Shown: positions 53,532-63,986 of the stretch, one piece after another | How positions within the stretch are numbered: the stretch's first letter is position 1 | How the letters are laid out: each line of letters opens with the position of its first letter | Origin: a virus | Taxonomy: Duplodnaviria; Caudoviricetes | Virus record (IMG/VR): IMGVR_UViG_3300037067_009690 | Span: 20,250 to 84,249 of that record | Reading direction: 5' to 3' (one strand) | DNA: 64,000 bases | Position numbers and translations under genes: made by a program | Notes under the pieces: generated by a model | Told to the model about the DNA's origin: nothing | Databases searched by the model: none | Seen by the model: only the letters and a program-made list of their open reading frames with translations

Positions 53532-56500
53532 CTATCTCACCCCCGCCAGGACCCGGGCCACAGTGTCAGCCTCGGACATGCTGATTTCTGTCCGGACAAT
53601 GTCGGTGATCTCTTGGTCGCCGACGAAGACCTTCACGTCGATGGGCCCGACCTGGGTGTCTCCGCCGCCACGGATGGCGTCCCATTGTCCGCCTGACAGT
53701 ACGGGCTCGGGCGACCCGGTGTTGTTGACGACTGTTGACAGGCCGGGGGGTAGCCATCCGCCGTCGTCGTATTCGACGAGCCCACCGGCGGAGAACCCTG
53801 GGAGTATTCCCTTCGCGTATTCGACGATCTCGTCGACTAGGCGGATTGGCATTCCGGCTGCGAGCCTCCCGAACGGGTACCCGTCTATTTCCTGGAGGAG
53901 CCGCAACGGTTTACGGATCATGTCGATGAGTGACCCGATGGGGTCGAGAATGTCGAGGAGGCCGTGTTCACCGGACTTCGACCCGCCCAGGTCTTTCAGG
54001 TACCATTGCTGCGGGAATGACGTTACGGATTTCGCGTTGGCGCCGACGAAGATACCGGACGCGGTGGATGCGGCCTCGAATGGCAGGCCACCGAGGGCGC
54101 CGGCCATGTGCTGGCCGGGGTCGACGCCGATCGTGTACAGGCCTAGGCCGCGCGCGAATCCGAGGGAACCGAAATCGGATGACGTAGTGAATGCCCGCCG
54201 GTATGATTGGCGTCCCTCTAGCCGGTTGAATGCCTCACCTGTTAGTCCGGAGTTGTGAACGACCACGCCGTCCGCGACGAAGTTGTGGTGACCCTCGACG
54301 TTAAGGTCGTACGTCGCTTCAACCTCAAGCTCGTCAATCCCAGCGACTGACCGCAGGCCGAAGGCGCCGCCCGTGAACATTCGGCGGACCATCGGCTTGT
54401 CATGCTCCATGTTCGCGTACGGTTCACGGTCATACCCAGAGACTGTGAACGAGTACAGCGGAAGAGCGTTCTTGACGAGCTTCCCCTTGATGGTGATCGG
54501 CTTCTTTCTCCGGTTCACCGTGACGTTAGTGACCCGATGCCCGGCCTGGAGGTGAATCGTCCTCACCTCGTCGATCAGGCGACGCGAACACCCCGCGTAG
54601 GACCGGCCGTCCCTGCCGTCATACCCGTCCGCGTCCCCGTAGCCACGCGCGAACGCCAGTTGAAGATCCCGGGACCACGACCACACAACATCAGGTACGC
54701 GCTTGTCCGCTCCGCGCCGCCACATACCGATCTCACGGAGAGACGACGCGACCTTGCGGCTGTTAACGATGAGGCCAGCCGTGGCATGCGGTGTAGCGGT
54801 GAGCCCGCACACCGACGCGAACGCCCGGATAGCGTCATCCTGGAAGTCCCCGAACGCGGCGAGCCGCACACCATCATCGGTAACAGTTCCGTCGCCGATA
54901 ATGGCCCCCAGCAGCCACGCGAGTTCCTCGGTTACCTCGGTACCGTCCGGGAGGACCGGGTGGGGGTCGCCCATATCGGGGGCCTCGTCGAGAACGACGA
55001 CCAAGTCGCCGCGCTTCAGTTCGTCGAGGCGAGTCCACTCAACGTCCCATTCTGCCCGTACTCCCTTGCCGTTGAAGCGGCCCGCGCCGTGTGGCTTGCT
55101 GGTCATGACGACCCGCAGGAACGGGTGATTAGCGGAGGCGTCGATGTTCCTGCCGCGCAGCCGCAGGCGATAGGTAATCTGGTCGATCGAACGCCATGCG
55201 TCGACGATCTTCTTTTCGACGATGCTTCCTTCGTCGTCCCGGCTCCAGATGATGTCCCCGGGCTCTAGCTCGTCGATGCGCTTCGGGCCGTAAGGTCCGG
55301 CGACGAGGGTCCGACCCGGGAGGCAACAGTCATACGCGTACGGCCCGACGGCGCCCCACACGTATGGCAGTGGGTCAACGGATGGCAGCCATGCCTTGGC
55401 GGCCTGGACACGGCCGCCGTCCGCGAACCTGGCCGTCCCGGACGGGTCGCCGCCGAGGTCGTATTCGTCGGCCCGGTTCAGGAGGTCAAGGTATCTGACG
55501 CCGAGTTTCTTCACGGCCGCGGACCGGATAACGTATTCGCCGTCTGATAGCCATGCGGGGATTTCGTCGGATGTCCCGGACCCTGGGCCGCGAATGTACC
55601 CGCCGGAAGCGAACCCCTCAGGGAGCTTGATGGGGCGAATGTTACTGGAGTCGACATCGAACCAGCTAGCCACAGTCTTGAATGGCGCGATGATTCCCTT
55701 GTTGATTACAGTGTCGACAATGAAACGGATGGGTTTCTTCGCTACGTCAGCGACCCTCTCCCACGCCTCCGATATCGCGTCCACACCAAGCTTGAACGCG
55801 GGGGCAAGGTGGTCGGTGATGTAGTCTCCGAGCAGCTTGAATACTGGCTTGATCCCAGTGTTCCACACGGTGCTTATCTTACTGGACACCTTGTCCCACA
55901 CTGGCTTTATGATGGTTTCGTAAAGCCACTTGAACACCGGCGCCAGGACTGTCTCTATGTACAGCTTTACCGCAGCGAATACGACCTTGATGGCGACCCA
56001 CGCGATACTGATGGCCGTGGAGATCAGCGACCACGCCAGTTCAATCGCCGGCCGCAGGTACGTGGTGAACAGCGGGCCTAGGACGTCAAGGACGAACCGG
56101 TTTATCGCGCGGAACACGGGAAGCACAACGTCGTTCCATGCCACGTTGATCGCCGTGTGGATCGCTGTCCACACCGGTGAAATGATGCTGTCGTACAGCC
56201 ACTTGAAAACAGGGCCGAGGACGGTACGAACGAACAACGCGATGTTCGTGAAGATCGGCGAGATGACAGTGTTCCATGCGTACTGGACAGCCAGATAGAT
56301 CCCAGTGAATGCTGGCACCACAATGTTCCGCCATAGCCATGAGAACACTGGGCCGAGGTCGTCACGCAGGAACGACCACATCGCCTGCAACGCGGGCTGA
56401 ATGAACCCCTCCCATGCGGCAACGACAGTGTCACGGATCGCTGCCCAGGCCGTGTTCACGATGTCCCGGAACGTCTCCGAATGCTGGTACGCGTAGACCA

Positions 56501-59500
56501 GCGCGGCACCCAGAGCGACGACGGCGGCAATCACCACGCCGATCACCAACCCCAACGGGATAGCCTCCAATGCGGCGACAGCCATCACCGCATTCAGGAC
56601 AGTCATAGCCGCAACAACGGCGCCGATAGCGACAGCGACAGCGGTGATAACAATCGGGTCCAGGGCGGCAATGAACTGTGACACCGCGAGAATAACCCGC
56701 AACAGGATGTCACCCAGAGGGGCCAGACCAACAGCAATGTTCGTGACCGCCAACACCAGCGCCCCGAGAATCTGCGCCACCAGCGGACCCGTGTCCCGGA
56801 TGTACGCTAGGAACGACTGGAACGCCTCCGACTGCGCCGCGCCCTGCGCCCACGCCGAGAACGCCTGCGACATCGACAGTAGGGCCTCACCGAACTGCAA
56901 CGACACCGGGTAGAACGCCATGAACAGTGCCGCGAGACCCTCAGTGAAATTACCGATCGTCTCACCCATGATGGTCAACGCCGGACCCGCGGTGTCAGCG
57001 ATGAACGTAAAGAAATCCATCCAGAATGGCCCACCCAGGGCCTGCCCGGCCCGCTGGAACAGGCCACCCATCGCCCTAGCCACGTTATCGACCAGGTCAG
57101 TTATCACCGGCAGGATAGGGAGCATCGCCGTCAGACCCGCCTGCAACCCCGGTAGCATTCCCGTCTGCGCGGTCCGCGACAATTCACGGAAAGCAGGAAT
57201 AAGCGTCCCGCGAATGAACGTAGCGAACGCGACACCCTCCGGTGTCAACTTCGCCATAGCGTCATTCAGCTTATTGACAGAAGCCGAACCGACCTCGCCA
57301 GCGGACTTCGAGGCCTCCTGCACGCCCCGCTGAGCATCCACCACGCCCCGCTGGGCATCAGCGATCGCCTCAGCCGACCGGATCTGGGCCTCAGCCGCCG
57401 CGTCCTGCGCGTCCGCTACGGCCTGCTCGGCGTCAGCGATTGCCCGCAGGGAATCCTGCCGCTGAAGATCCGACCTCGCCCGCGCGTCATCCAGGTCACG
57501 CTGCGCATCCGCGATCGCCCGAGCTCCATCCAGCTCCTGCTGCGCCGCAGCGGCCCGAGCCTCATCCAGGGCCCGCTGAGCCTCAGCCGACGCCCGATCC
57601 GCCTCCACCGCCCGGCGCGCCGCCTCATCGCGGGCATCCGTGAGAGCCTGCTCGGCCGCGCCAATAGCATCCAGGGCGCCCTGCTCCCGGCGGACAGCCT
57701 CAGCCCGCGCGTCGTCCACCGCCCTAGCAGCGTCAGCCGCGTCACGGTGAGCGTCCGCCAGGCGCTCCTGCGCCGACCGGACACGCTCCGCGCCATCCAC
57801 GCCAGCAGCGACCGCAGCGGCCTGCTCGTCACGCAGCGCCGCAGCCTCATCCCGCTGATCAGCCAGAGACAGGGTCGCCCGCTCCACCGCGATCCGGGCA
57901 CGCTCACGCTCAGCATCAGTCGCCCCAGGGTCCACCTCGACGTCCGCGAGACGCTGCTGTGCGTCCGCGAGATCCAGGACAGCGGACCGCTCATCGAGGT
58001 CCGCGCGGGTCAAGCGCTCCGAGTACGACGCGAGATTGTCTGCCGCCTCATTGCGCGCGTCCGCTAGGTCCTGCTCGGCACCAAGGACGTCACGGGCCGC
58101 GTCAGCCATTGACCTCTCGGCCCGCTCAATGTCCCGCAGTGACGCGAGGCGACTGTCAGCCGCCCGGTCCTGGGCGTCCCCGACACCCTGCTCGGCGTCA
58201 GCGATCCGCCTCAGCGAATCCAGGCGGGACCGCTCACCGTCAGCCTGTGCGTCCGATAGGGCCTGCTCCGCGTCCGTGACGGCCTGGACAGCATCCAGCC
58301 GGTCCTGCGCCGCACGGTCCTGGGCGTCAGCGAGGTCACGCTCAGCGTCCCTAATGCCCCTCAGGGCAGTGACCCGGTCCCGCGCCGCCTCGGCCTGCGC
58401 GTCATCCAGGGCCTGCGTCGCGTCCTCGATGCGACGCGCCGAGTCCTCCTCGGCCTGCGCTGCGTCCCGCGTGGCCCGCTCCACTGCCCGGTGTGCGTCC
58501 TCCACGCCGCGGACAGCCGACGCGAGCTGATCGTGCTGGCCGGCAGCCCGGGACGCGGACTGACCGGACGACCCGGTGGCCTGGCCCATCGCCTGCACCG
58601 CGCCGATCACCGGGGCCAACCCAAGGGCCAGCGTCCCGATACCCGCGGCGGCGGCACCAGCGGCACCAGCCACCGCCATCAGCGCGCCGACACCGACAGC
58701 GCCGATAGGTGCCAGCGCTGGGGAGATAGCGATGGCCGCGATATACACTCCGCGCAGGCCAATTGACGTCGCGGACGCCTGCACGGAAAGCGCCAGCAGC
58801 GAAGCACGCGCCGCCCCAGTATCCACGTCCACGTCGACGTTCACGTCATCCGCGGACACCCTGGCCACCTGCGCGGAGAACGCCGCTAGTTTCGCCTGAG
58901 CCGCGGCAGCGTCCACGCGGACCTGAATGTTCGCGGCGTTCGACGACAGGACAGACAAGCGTTCCTGCAACACCGTTATCTGGCGTCGCGCCTCATCGGC
59001 GTCAATGTCGATCCCGACCCGCTTATCAGACAGGGCCTTCAACTCGGACCGGACACCGGCTATCTCCCGGTCCGCATCCGACGAATCTGCGTTGATCTCC
59101 ACCTCAGGCAGAGCCTGCAACGCGGCCTGTAGCGCAGTCTTAATGGCACGCCCGAACGCCCCACCGTATCTCCCGCCGGCCCGGGGAGCGGACTCGTTCG
59201 AGCGTTCCTCAAAGTCCTCGACGGCCGCAGTAGCCGGCTTAGTGTCCGCGTCAACATTGACAGTCACCGGCTCATCGGCGAGTTCATGCAACGCCGTGAT
59301 CTCAGCGAATGCCCTATCAACGTTAGCGTCAACATTGACAGTAACGTTATCCGACAGGGCGTTGATTTCCTGTCGTGCCCGCGCAGTATCAGCAGTGACC
59401 TTTACCGTCGCGTCCTTCAACGCCGACCTGATCTCAGCGTTAGCGACCTTAGCGAACTCCCGACCGAACTGCCTGCCAGTCTGCGCGCCAACCGCGGTGA

Positions 59501-59699
59501 AGTTCATGCGGTCAAGGGAATCCTTGATACCGTCCGCCATGAGCTTCCCGGCGGTGCGGCCCATCACCTGGCCGATCCTCGCCGCCACCTGCTCGGCGTC
59601 CCTCAGCGTCCCGCGCTCAAGATCAGCCCGGAACCGCGAGAGATCCGGGGTGACAGTAACCTCAACTTCACCGGCGAAAGTCGCCACCCCGGACACCAC
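53532..59699 (-). CDS. tape measure protein with C-terminal NlpC/P60 domain interrupted by an intein
   Basis: 2055 aa, coiled-coil repeats, TM/W-periodic region, GPGSGTSD.IPA.LSDGEYV, PYVWGA.GP..YDC-[intein]-SGL. Confidence 0.92.
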   Translation of the reverse strand: MVSGVATFAGEVEVTVTPDLSRFRADLERGTLRDAEQVAARIGQVMGRTAGKLMADGIKDSLDRMNFTAVGAQTGRQFGREFAKVANAEIRSALKDATVKVTADTARARQEINALSDNVTVNVDANVDRAFAEITALHELADEPVTVNVDADTKPATAAVEDFEERSNESAPRAGGRYGGAFGRAIKTALQAALQALPEVEINADSSDADREIAGVRSELKALSDKRVGIDIDADEARRQITVLQERLSVLSSNAANIQVRVDAAAAQAKLAAFSAQVARVSADDVNVDVDVDTGAARASLLALSVQASATSIGLRGVYIAAIAISPALAPIGAVGVGALMAVAGAAGAAAAGIGTLALGLAPVIGAVQAMGQATGSSGQSASRAAGQHDQLASAVRGVEDAHRAVERATRDAAQAEEDSARRIEDATQALDDAQAEAARDRVTALRGIRDAERDLADAQDRAAQDRLDAVQAVTDAEQALSDAQADGERSRLDSLRRIADAEQGVGDAQDRAADSRLASLRDIERAERSMADAARDVLGAEQDLADARNEAADNLASYSERLTRADLDERSAVLDLADAQQRLADVEVDPGATDAERERARIAVERATLSLADQRDEAAALRDEQAAAVAAGVDGAERVRSAQERLADAHRDAADAARAVDDARAEAVRREQGALDAIGAAEQALTDARDEAARRAVEADRASAEAQRALDEARAAAAQQELDGARAIADAQRDLDDARARSDLQRQDSLRAIADAEQAVADAQDAAAEAQIRSAEAIADAQRGVVDAQRGVQEASKSAGEVGSASVNKLNDAMAKLTPEGVAFATFIRGTLIPAFRELSRTAQTGMLPGLQAGLTAMLPILPVITDLVDNVARAMGGLFQRAGQALGGPFWMDFFTFIADTAGPALTIMGETIGNFTEGLAALFMAFYPVSLQFGEALLSMSQAFSAWAQGAAQSEAFQSFLAYIRDTGPLVAQILGALVLAVTNIAVGLAPLGDILLRVILAVSQFIAALDPIVITAVAVAIGAVVAAMTVLNAVMAVAALEAIPLGLVIGVVIAAVVALGAALVYAYQHSETFRDIVNTAWAAIRDTVVAAWEGFIQPALQAMWSFLRDDLGPVFSWLWRNIVVPAFTGIYLAVQYAWNTVISPIFTNIALFVRTVLGPVFKWLYDSIISPVWTAIHTAINVAWNDVVLPVFRAINRFVLDVLGPLFTTYLRPAIELAWSLISTAISIAWVAIKVVFAAVKLYIETVLAPVFKWLYETIIKPVWDKVSSKISTVWNTGIKPVFKLLGDYITDHLAPAFKLGVDAISEAWERVADVAKKPIRFIVDTVINKGIIAPFKTVASWFDVDSSNIRPIKLPEGFASGGYIRGPGSGTSDEIPAWLSDGEYVIRSAAVKKLGVRYLDLLNRADEYDLGGDPSGTARFADGGRVQAAKAWLPSVDPLPYVWGAVGPYAYDCCLPGRTLVAGPYGPKRIDELEPGDIIWSRDDEGSIVEKKIVDAWRSIDQITYRLRLRGRNIDASANHPFLRVVMTSKPHGAGRFNGKGVRAEWDVEWTRLDELKRGDLVVVLDEAPDMGDPHPVLPDGTEVTEELAWLLGAIIGDGTVTDDGVRLAAFGDFQDDAIRAFASVCGLTATPHATAGLIVNSRKVASSLREIGMWRRGADKRVPDVVWSWSRDLQLAFARGYGDADGYDGRDGRSYAGCSRRLIDEVRTIHLQAGHRVTNVTVNRRKKPITIKGKLVKNALPLYSFTVSGYDREPYANMEHDKPMVRRMFTGGAFGLRSVAGIDELEVEATYDLNVEGHHNFVADGVVVHNSGLTGEAFNRLEGRQSYRRAFTTSSDFGSLGFARGLGLYTIGVDPGQHMAGALGGLPFEAASTASGIFVGANAKSVTSFPQQWYLKDLGGSKSGEHGLLDILDPIGSLIDMIRKPLRLLQEIDGYPFGRLAAGMPIRLVDEIVEYAKGILPGFSAGGLVEYDDGGWLPPGLSTVVNNTGSPEPVLSGGQWDAIRGGGDTQVGPIDVKVFVGDQEITDIVRTEISMSEADTVARVLAGVR
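54252..55325 (-). mobile_element. intein with LAGLIDADG homing endonuclease (358 aa)
   Basis: starts CLPGRTLV..., block B HPFL, LAWLLGAIIGDG and ARGYGDADG, ends YDLNVEGHHNFVADGVVVHN followed by Ser. Confidence 0.93.
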
Positions 59700-59706
59700 C
59701 CTTCAG

Positions 59707-60186
59707 TCAGTCGTCGAACACCGGGATAGGTTGCCTGTTCCTCACGGCTTCCATGACCGCCCACGCACGCGGGTCAACAGTCGCCTTCAATTCCTCGACG
59801 GACTGCGGTTTCCGCGTGGACTTGACGCCAGGACGGGGAATCGGGTCAGGCATCGGCGGAGGCGTCTTCCACTGCCCCAACACCCACGTCTGCTGCGCGA
59901 TCCTGTCCGCCACGGCAGCCAAGAGAAGTTCACCCCGGGACCACCTGCCGTGGCCCACGGTTTTCCCGTCGAGATCCTCGATCTGCTCTGGGGTCAGGGA
60001 CTCACGTATCTCCGTCATCGTCCACGAGTCACCGGGCAGCCGGCCGATGAGGACCATCGCCCTGCGTGCCGTGAGACCGCTGAACGGATCCCACAGTCCC
60101 CGGATATCGACCCCGCAGGATTGGAGGTCTGCTTCTATCGCCTCGCTGTGCGCATCGAGGAGCGACGCGAGGCGCGCGATTCCCCC
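59707..60186 (-). CDS. tail assembly chaperone, -1 frameshift extension
   Basis: open frame continues from the slippery site through EAIEADLQ..GVDIR.LW to 59707. Confidence 0.75.
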   Translation of the reverse strand, partial: GGIARLASLLDAHSEAIEADLQSCGVDIRGLWDPFSGLTARRAMVLIGRLPGDSWTMTEIRESLTPEQIEDLDGKTVGHGRWSRGELLLAAVADRIAQQTWVLGQWKTPPPMPDPIPRPGVKSTRKPQSVEELKATVDPRAWAVMEAVRNRQPIPVFDD

Positions 60187-60536
60187 TCGGACTGCCCGGA
60201 TGCCTCGACGACCGCCCCGTACCAGGCGATCAACTCGCCGATGTCAACGTTCGCGGCCAGCCAGTCCTCAAGGTCCTCGGGGTGCACGACATCAGCAGCC
60301 GCCTCATAGTTCCCGCCGTTCCGGAAAGCCGCGTACATTCCCCGAGGCCACCGGAAGAACGGCCTCACCCGGATATCGACCCCGCCGAGAGGAACAACCA
60401 ACCAATCAGACGCCAGAGCTTCAGCCTCAGCGGCGACTCGCCCGGACGCCTCACGCGCAGCGGACTCCCCACCGGTCGGCCTACTGACTGCCGTCCTACT
60501 GGCGGGCGCTCGTTTCCTTGGCGTAGTAGTCATCAC
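60135..60536 (-). CDS. tail assembly chaperone
   Basis: between major tail and TMP; ends near the GGGGGAA slippery site. Confidence 0.8.
   Translation of the reverse strand: MMTTTPRKRAPASRTAVSRPTGGESAAREASGRVAAEAEALASDWLVVPLGGVDIRVRPFFRWPRGMYAAFRNGGNYEAAADVVHPEDLEDWLAANVDIGELIAWYGAVVEASGQSEGESRASRRSSMRTARR
60180..60186 (-). other. programmed -1 frameshift site GGGGGAA
   Basis: same heptamer type as used by mycobacteriophage TAC genes. Confidence 0.75.
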
Positions 60537-60627
60537 ATCTCCCTGGTTTCATTCCCTGGTTTCAATGGTGCAGGGTGGGCGCGGCGGAAACCAGGGAAGG
60601 AAACGTCCGCGCCCACCCGACCATAGA

Positions 60628-61221
60628 TCAGGAGTTACCGGCCAGCCCTGGGATACGGTAGAACTCGGTAGCCGCCACGCCATTCAACGGGTACGCGGTG
60701 ACCGTGAACGTGTACAGCAAGGGCTTCCCGGACCCCACCTTCCGCTCCTTGCGGTCAGTGACATCCGCGATCGGGTAGTACACGCGAATGAAGTTCACGC
60801 CATCCATGATGTCTACCACGAACGAATACTGCTGGATGTTGATCTCACCGGTGGAGAACGAGAAATCTCCGTCAACGTCAACAACAATGTCGCCGATGTC
60901 GAGGCGGTTGAAGACCTCCAGGACCTCCTCGTTGGACTCCAGGCAAGTCACGTCGAACGTCTGCTCAGACGTCTTCGGGATCGTCCGCACCGGGACACCA
61001 GTCCCGTACGCCATGACCTTCTCGTTGGACTCCGAGATACCCAGGGTGATCCCATCATCGGAGATCAACCCCAGGGACGCCCAGCCAGCGGCCAGCGGGT
61101 TCGTTGCCGCCGTCGCCGTCGGCGCGGCAGTCCCAGTGGGCGCCACCCACAGCAGCTCACACCCCGACGCACCGGCCGCGCCAGTGCCAGCAAGAATCAG
61201 ATCACGATTGGCCAGTCCCAT
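60628..61221 (-). CDS. major tail protein
   Basis: VAP.GT..P....L..GW..LG.ISDDG.T...V.AYG...VR..LE.N.EVL. Confidence 0.88.
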   Translation of the reverse strand: MGLANRDLILAGTGAAGASGCELLWVAPTGTAAPTATAATNPLAAGWASLGLISDDGITLGISESNEKVMAYGTGVPVRTIPKTSEQTFDVTCLESNEEVLEVFNRLDIGDIVVDVDGDFSFSTGEINIQQYSFVVDIMDGVNFIRVYYPIADVTDRKERKVGSGKPLLYTFTVTAYPLNGVAATEFYRIPGLAGNS

Positions 61222-61312
61222 TAGGCCCTCCCTTATGTCATTGAATGTCGGCGCGCGACCGGGGATTCGGTGCGCGTCAGCCCAGGGACTGCCATCGAGT
61301 GTCCTGGGTAGG

Positions 61313-61717
61313 TTATGGGTTGCGTGCCTTGACGGTCACCGTGAACACATACCGGTGATAGTCCGGGTACCCTGGGTCAGGCATTGACCCGACACCGGCA
61401 GAAGTTTCCGTAACAGATACGACAGCACCACCGACGTCACCGGCGCCGACCATTTCGTGGACAATGTCGAACACGGCATTAGCTGTGTCGAACGCTGTCT
61501 TCTCCGTGGCCGCCCACGTCTGGAAATGCAACGCGGTCCGGTCCCACCGGTGCCCGTCGTCAGGCCCACTTCCTGGGGGCCGGTACACGGCGACCAGGGG
61601 CATAGCCGACGCCAGGTCATCCGGTACCGCGCCACTCACGCTGACGCCGCCAGGGAGACTCGGATGCCCGGACACCCATGTGATGACAGCGAGTTTAGTG
61701 TCCGGGAGATTACTCAC
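61313..61717 (-). CDS. tail terminator
   Basis: P.V.V.R.PG.G.D...D...Q.WA...A...Y.FTV.V. Confidence 0.8.
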   Translation of the reverse strand: MSNLPDTKLAVITWVSGHPSLPGGVSVSGAVPDDLASAMPLVAVYRPPGSGPDDGHRWDRTALHFQTWAATEKTAFDTANAVFDIVHEMVGAGDVGGAVVSVTETSAGVGSMPDPGYPDYHRYVFTVTVKARNP

Positions 61718-62061
61718 TGGGTCACGTCCTGGCAGGCCCCGGTCATGATGAGTTGCGGGAGTATGCCCAGCTTCTTCGGTTCATCGTGCGGGCAGGGTGT
61801 CGGCGCGATCGGGAGCCGCCGGGAGCACGTCCCGTACTCGACGAAATTGCTGTAGAAGGCTCCGGCGACAACCGCTGACCCGAACTCGTCGCGGTCCTCG
61901 ACAACCAGGAGACGCAAGTATTCACCGGTGTCCGCGTGTGGTGTCGCGCGTCGAACGGCTGCGGCGTGAACCTGCACGGCGACACCGTGAATGGCCTGCT
62001 GGCATTCAGGTGTCCGCCGGATCGTCAAGTGCAGATCCGATGGGGTAGTGACCCGTGTCAT
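61714..62061 (-). CDS. HK97 gp10-like head-tail protein
   Basis: A..R..P..DTGEY....Y..FVEYGT. Confidence 0.75.
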   Translation of the reverse strand: MTRVTTPSDLHLTIRRTPECQQAIHGVAVQVHAAAVRRATPHADTGEYLRLLVVEDRDEFGSAVVAGAFYSNFVEYGTCSRRLPIAPTPCPHDEPKKLGILPQLIMTGACQDVTQ

Positions 62062-62708
62062 GATCCTTCCCCCTCGTTCACTCGGCGCATTGTTGCCGTC
62101 GAATAACTTCCGCCCGTGGGGTCAACGTGCACCAGCGGGTCGCCGGTCAGCGTGTACGTGTATCCCTGGTAGTCGACGGCAGTCGAGTATGCGTCGACCC
62201 CGAGTGCCTCAAGGTCACCGTCGGCCCGGAGGTCCCATGTCTGCACGCGCCGCTGGCCGTCCGAGTGGTTTTCGGTGGCGGATGTCGGGGCGATCAGCGC
62301 GTGCACATTCACGCCAGACGCCGACGGAACGCGAACCACGCTTCCGTACGTGTCGATTGTCTCCACCGACGGATACACGGTGACCACCGTGTCGTCGCCG
62401 GTGATGTCGCCGCCGAGAACATCAGATCGGGTCGTCAAGAAAACCCTGGCGTGACGCATCCAGGGCCCGCGGGAATCTTGCACGATGGCCGCTGACACGA
62501 CACCCGTGCGACCGGCGGCAGTGATAACGGAACCCACCGTGGGGGCGGAACTCACCCGACAGATCAACTCAACCGAGTACGGGCATTTCGTGCCAGTCGA
62601 GGTGTTCACGGACCCGACAGACCTGCGCGGATTCGGTGTCACCGCGCACCGCAACGTAACCGGCGGTGCACCAACCTGCGCCGTGTCCCGCAGCAGAGCG
62701 AGAATCAC
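62058..62708 (-). CDS. head-to-tail stopper (apparently two tandem stopper-like domains)
   Basis: GTGA coupling; TV.V.P..E.ID.YG; position between adaptor and gp10-like gene. Confidence 0.6.
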   Translation of the reverse strand: MILALLRDTAQVGAPPVTLRCAVTPNPRRSVGSVNTSTGTKCPYSVELICRVSSAPTVGSVITAAGRTGVVSAAIVQDSRGPWMRHARVFLTTRSDVLGGDITGDDTVVTVYPSVETIDTYGSVVRVPSASGVNVHALIAPTSATENHSDGQRRVQTWDLRADGDLEALGVDAYSTAVDYQGYTYTLTGDPLVHVDPTGGSYSTATMRRVNEGEGS

Positions 62709-63094
62709 ATCCACGGCGCACACCCGAACAACGCGACCCCTGAAGAATCAACGGCACCCCGGAGAATATCCATCGCCGCAGGCGACAACCAGGGGACACC
62801 ACCAGACCAGTACGGTCCACCACCAGACCCCGCTGACGTGATGGTCCCCGCGACACCCTGCTCGTCGCCGGTCTCCAGCCACCACGCGGCCTGCTCGCAC
62901 GTCGCATCCAGTAGCGCCGCGGCCAGGAGAGTGTCCGTCGGCACACCGTCATCATCGACCGCGTACACCGCGGTCCGCAGCGCACTGTCGATGGCCCGCG
63001 ACGCACGGATCAGGAGACGCGTCGCGTCAGCGGGGGCGGTCAGCCCATCGGGGAGCATCGCTACCAGGTCAGACGTTTCCGCGTACACCGGCAT
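62705..63094 (-). CDS. head-to-tail adaptor
   Basis: YAE..DL...P.DA.RLL.RASR.ID...Y.VDDDG.P.D...AL.DATCEQAAWW...L.P.A.DIL. Confidence 0.85.
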   Translation of the reverse strand: MPVYAETSDLVAMLPDGLTAPADATRLLIRASRAIDSALRTAVYAVDDDGVPTDTLLAAALLDATCEQAAWWLETGDEQGVAGTITSAGSGGGPYWSGGVPWLSPAAMDILRGAVDSSGVALFGCAPWM

Positions 63095-63095
63095 G

Positions 63096-63986
63096 TCACC
63101 CTCCCCTGCCTTGCCTGGTGATTCGCCGCCACCGGTGTGACCTCTCGGCGGCCTGAGCTCGTGCCTGGCGGGACATTGCGACCGTGGTCCGCCGGTCCCA
63201 GGCCCGCGCATACCGGCCCCTGTATCGGCGCTCAGCGCGGGCCACACGGTCCACGCGGGGGATTGGCGCCCGGCGAGTGCCCCCGATGACCGGGCCCATC
63301 GGGTGCTGGCACCACGGGTGCCACAGGCCCTCACGTCGCGCCTGCGCGGCCGTACCCATGACAGTGATAGTGCGTTCCCGGCGGCCCACCCTGACCCGGT
63401 ACGTCCCCGCTGGTGTCCCGTCAATCGACACGATGCGACTGGACCACCGGTGGCATACCCTCGCGCACCCCTGCCCGGGCGCACCGTAAACCTGAGCGAA
63501 ACGTATCCCAGCGTCCAGCATAACCTGCTGGTACGACGCGAACGCCGCATCCGACAAATGCGAACGGACAACCGTCTCAACATACGCTTCAAGAGACCAA
63601 TTACGGCCCGCGCTATCAATGTAACCAGTGACCCCACGATTAGCGAGATCATCGAGGATCCGCTGCACTATCACCCGCGGATCAGCCCCACCCCTGGCGA
63701 CAGCCTCCATTGCCTGCCGGTATGTCGCGGCCAGAGTATGCACTATCCGCGGATTAGCTGACCGCAGGGCCTCAGTCAACTCCACCGCCCGCCGCGGGTC
63801 GACATCCGGGAGTATCCCACGCCACCTGAAATCCACGGCAGCAGACGCATATGCCCTGCGTGACACCGCAGTGATGGTCGCATCAGCGATAACCGCGACC
63901 TCACGGATCAGCACGTCCAGGCGGGCAGCCACCGTGACACGGAAACGCGACAGACCCAGCGGTAGAGCAGCGATCCACGCGGCCAA
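63096..63986 (-). CDS. phage minor capsid / head morphogenesis protein (5' partial)
   Basis: RG.TG..DSAGRNWSLE.YVE..VR; C..C..W..RI.S; GL.HP.C.H. Confidence 0.8.
   Translation of the reverse strand: MAAWIAALPLGLSRFRVTVAARLDVLIREVAVIADATITAVSRRAYASAAVDFRWRGILPDVDPRRAVELTEALRSANPRIVHTLAATYRQAMEAVARGGADPRVIVQRILDDLANRGVTGYIDSAGRNWSLEAYVETVVRSHLSDAAFASYQQVMLDAGIRFAQVYGAPGQGCARVCHRWSSRIVSIDGTPAGTYRVRVGRRERTITVMGTAAQARREGLWHPWCQHPMGPVIGGTRRAPIPRVDRVARAERRYRGRYARAWDRRTTVAMSRQARAQAAERSHRWRRITRQGRGG

Noticed and set aside
57300-58560. Quasi-repeats (GCGTC...GCC) in the TMP
   Set aside because: Coding coiled-coil repeats typical of tape measure proteins
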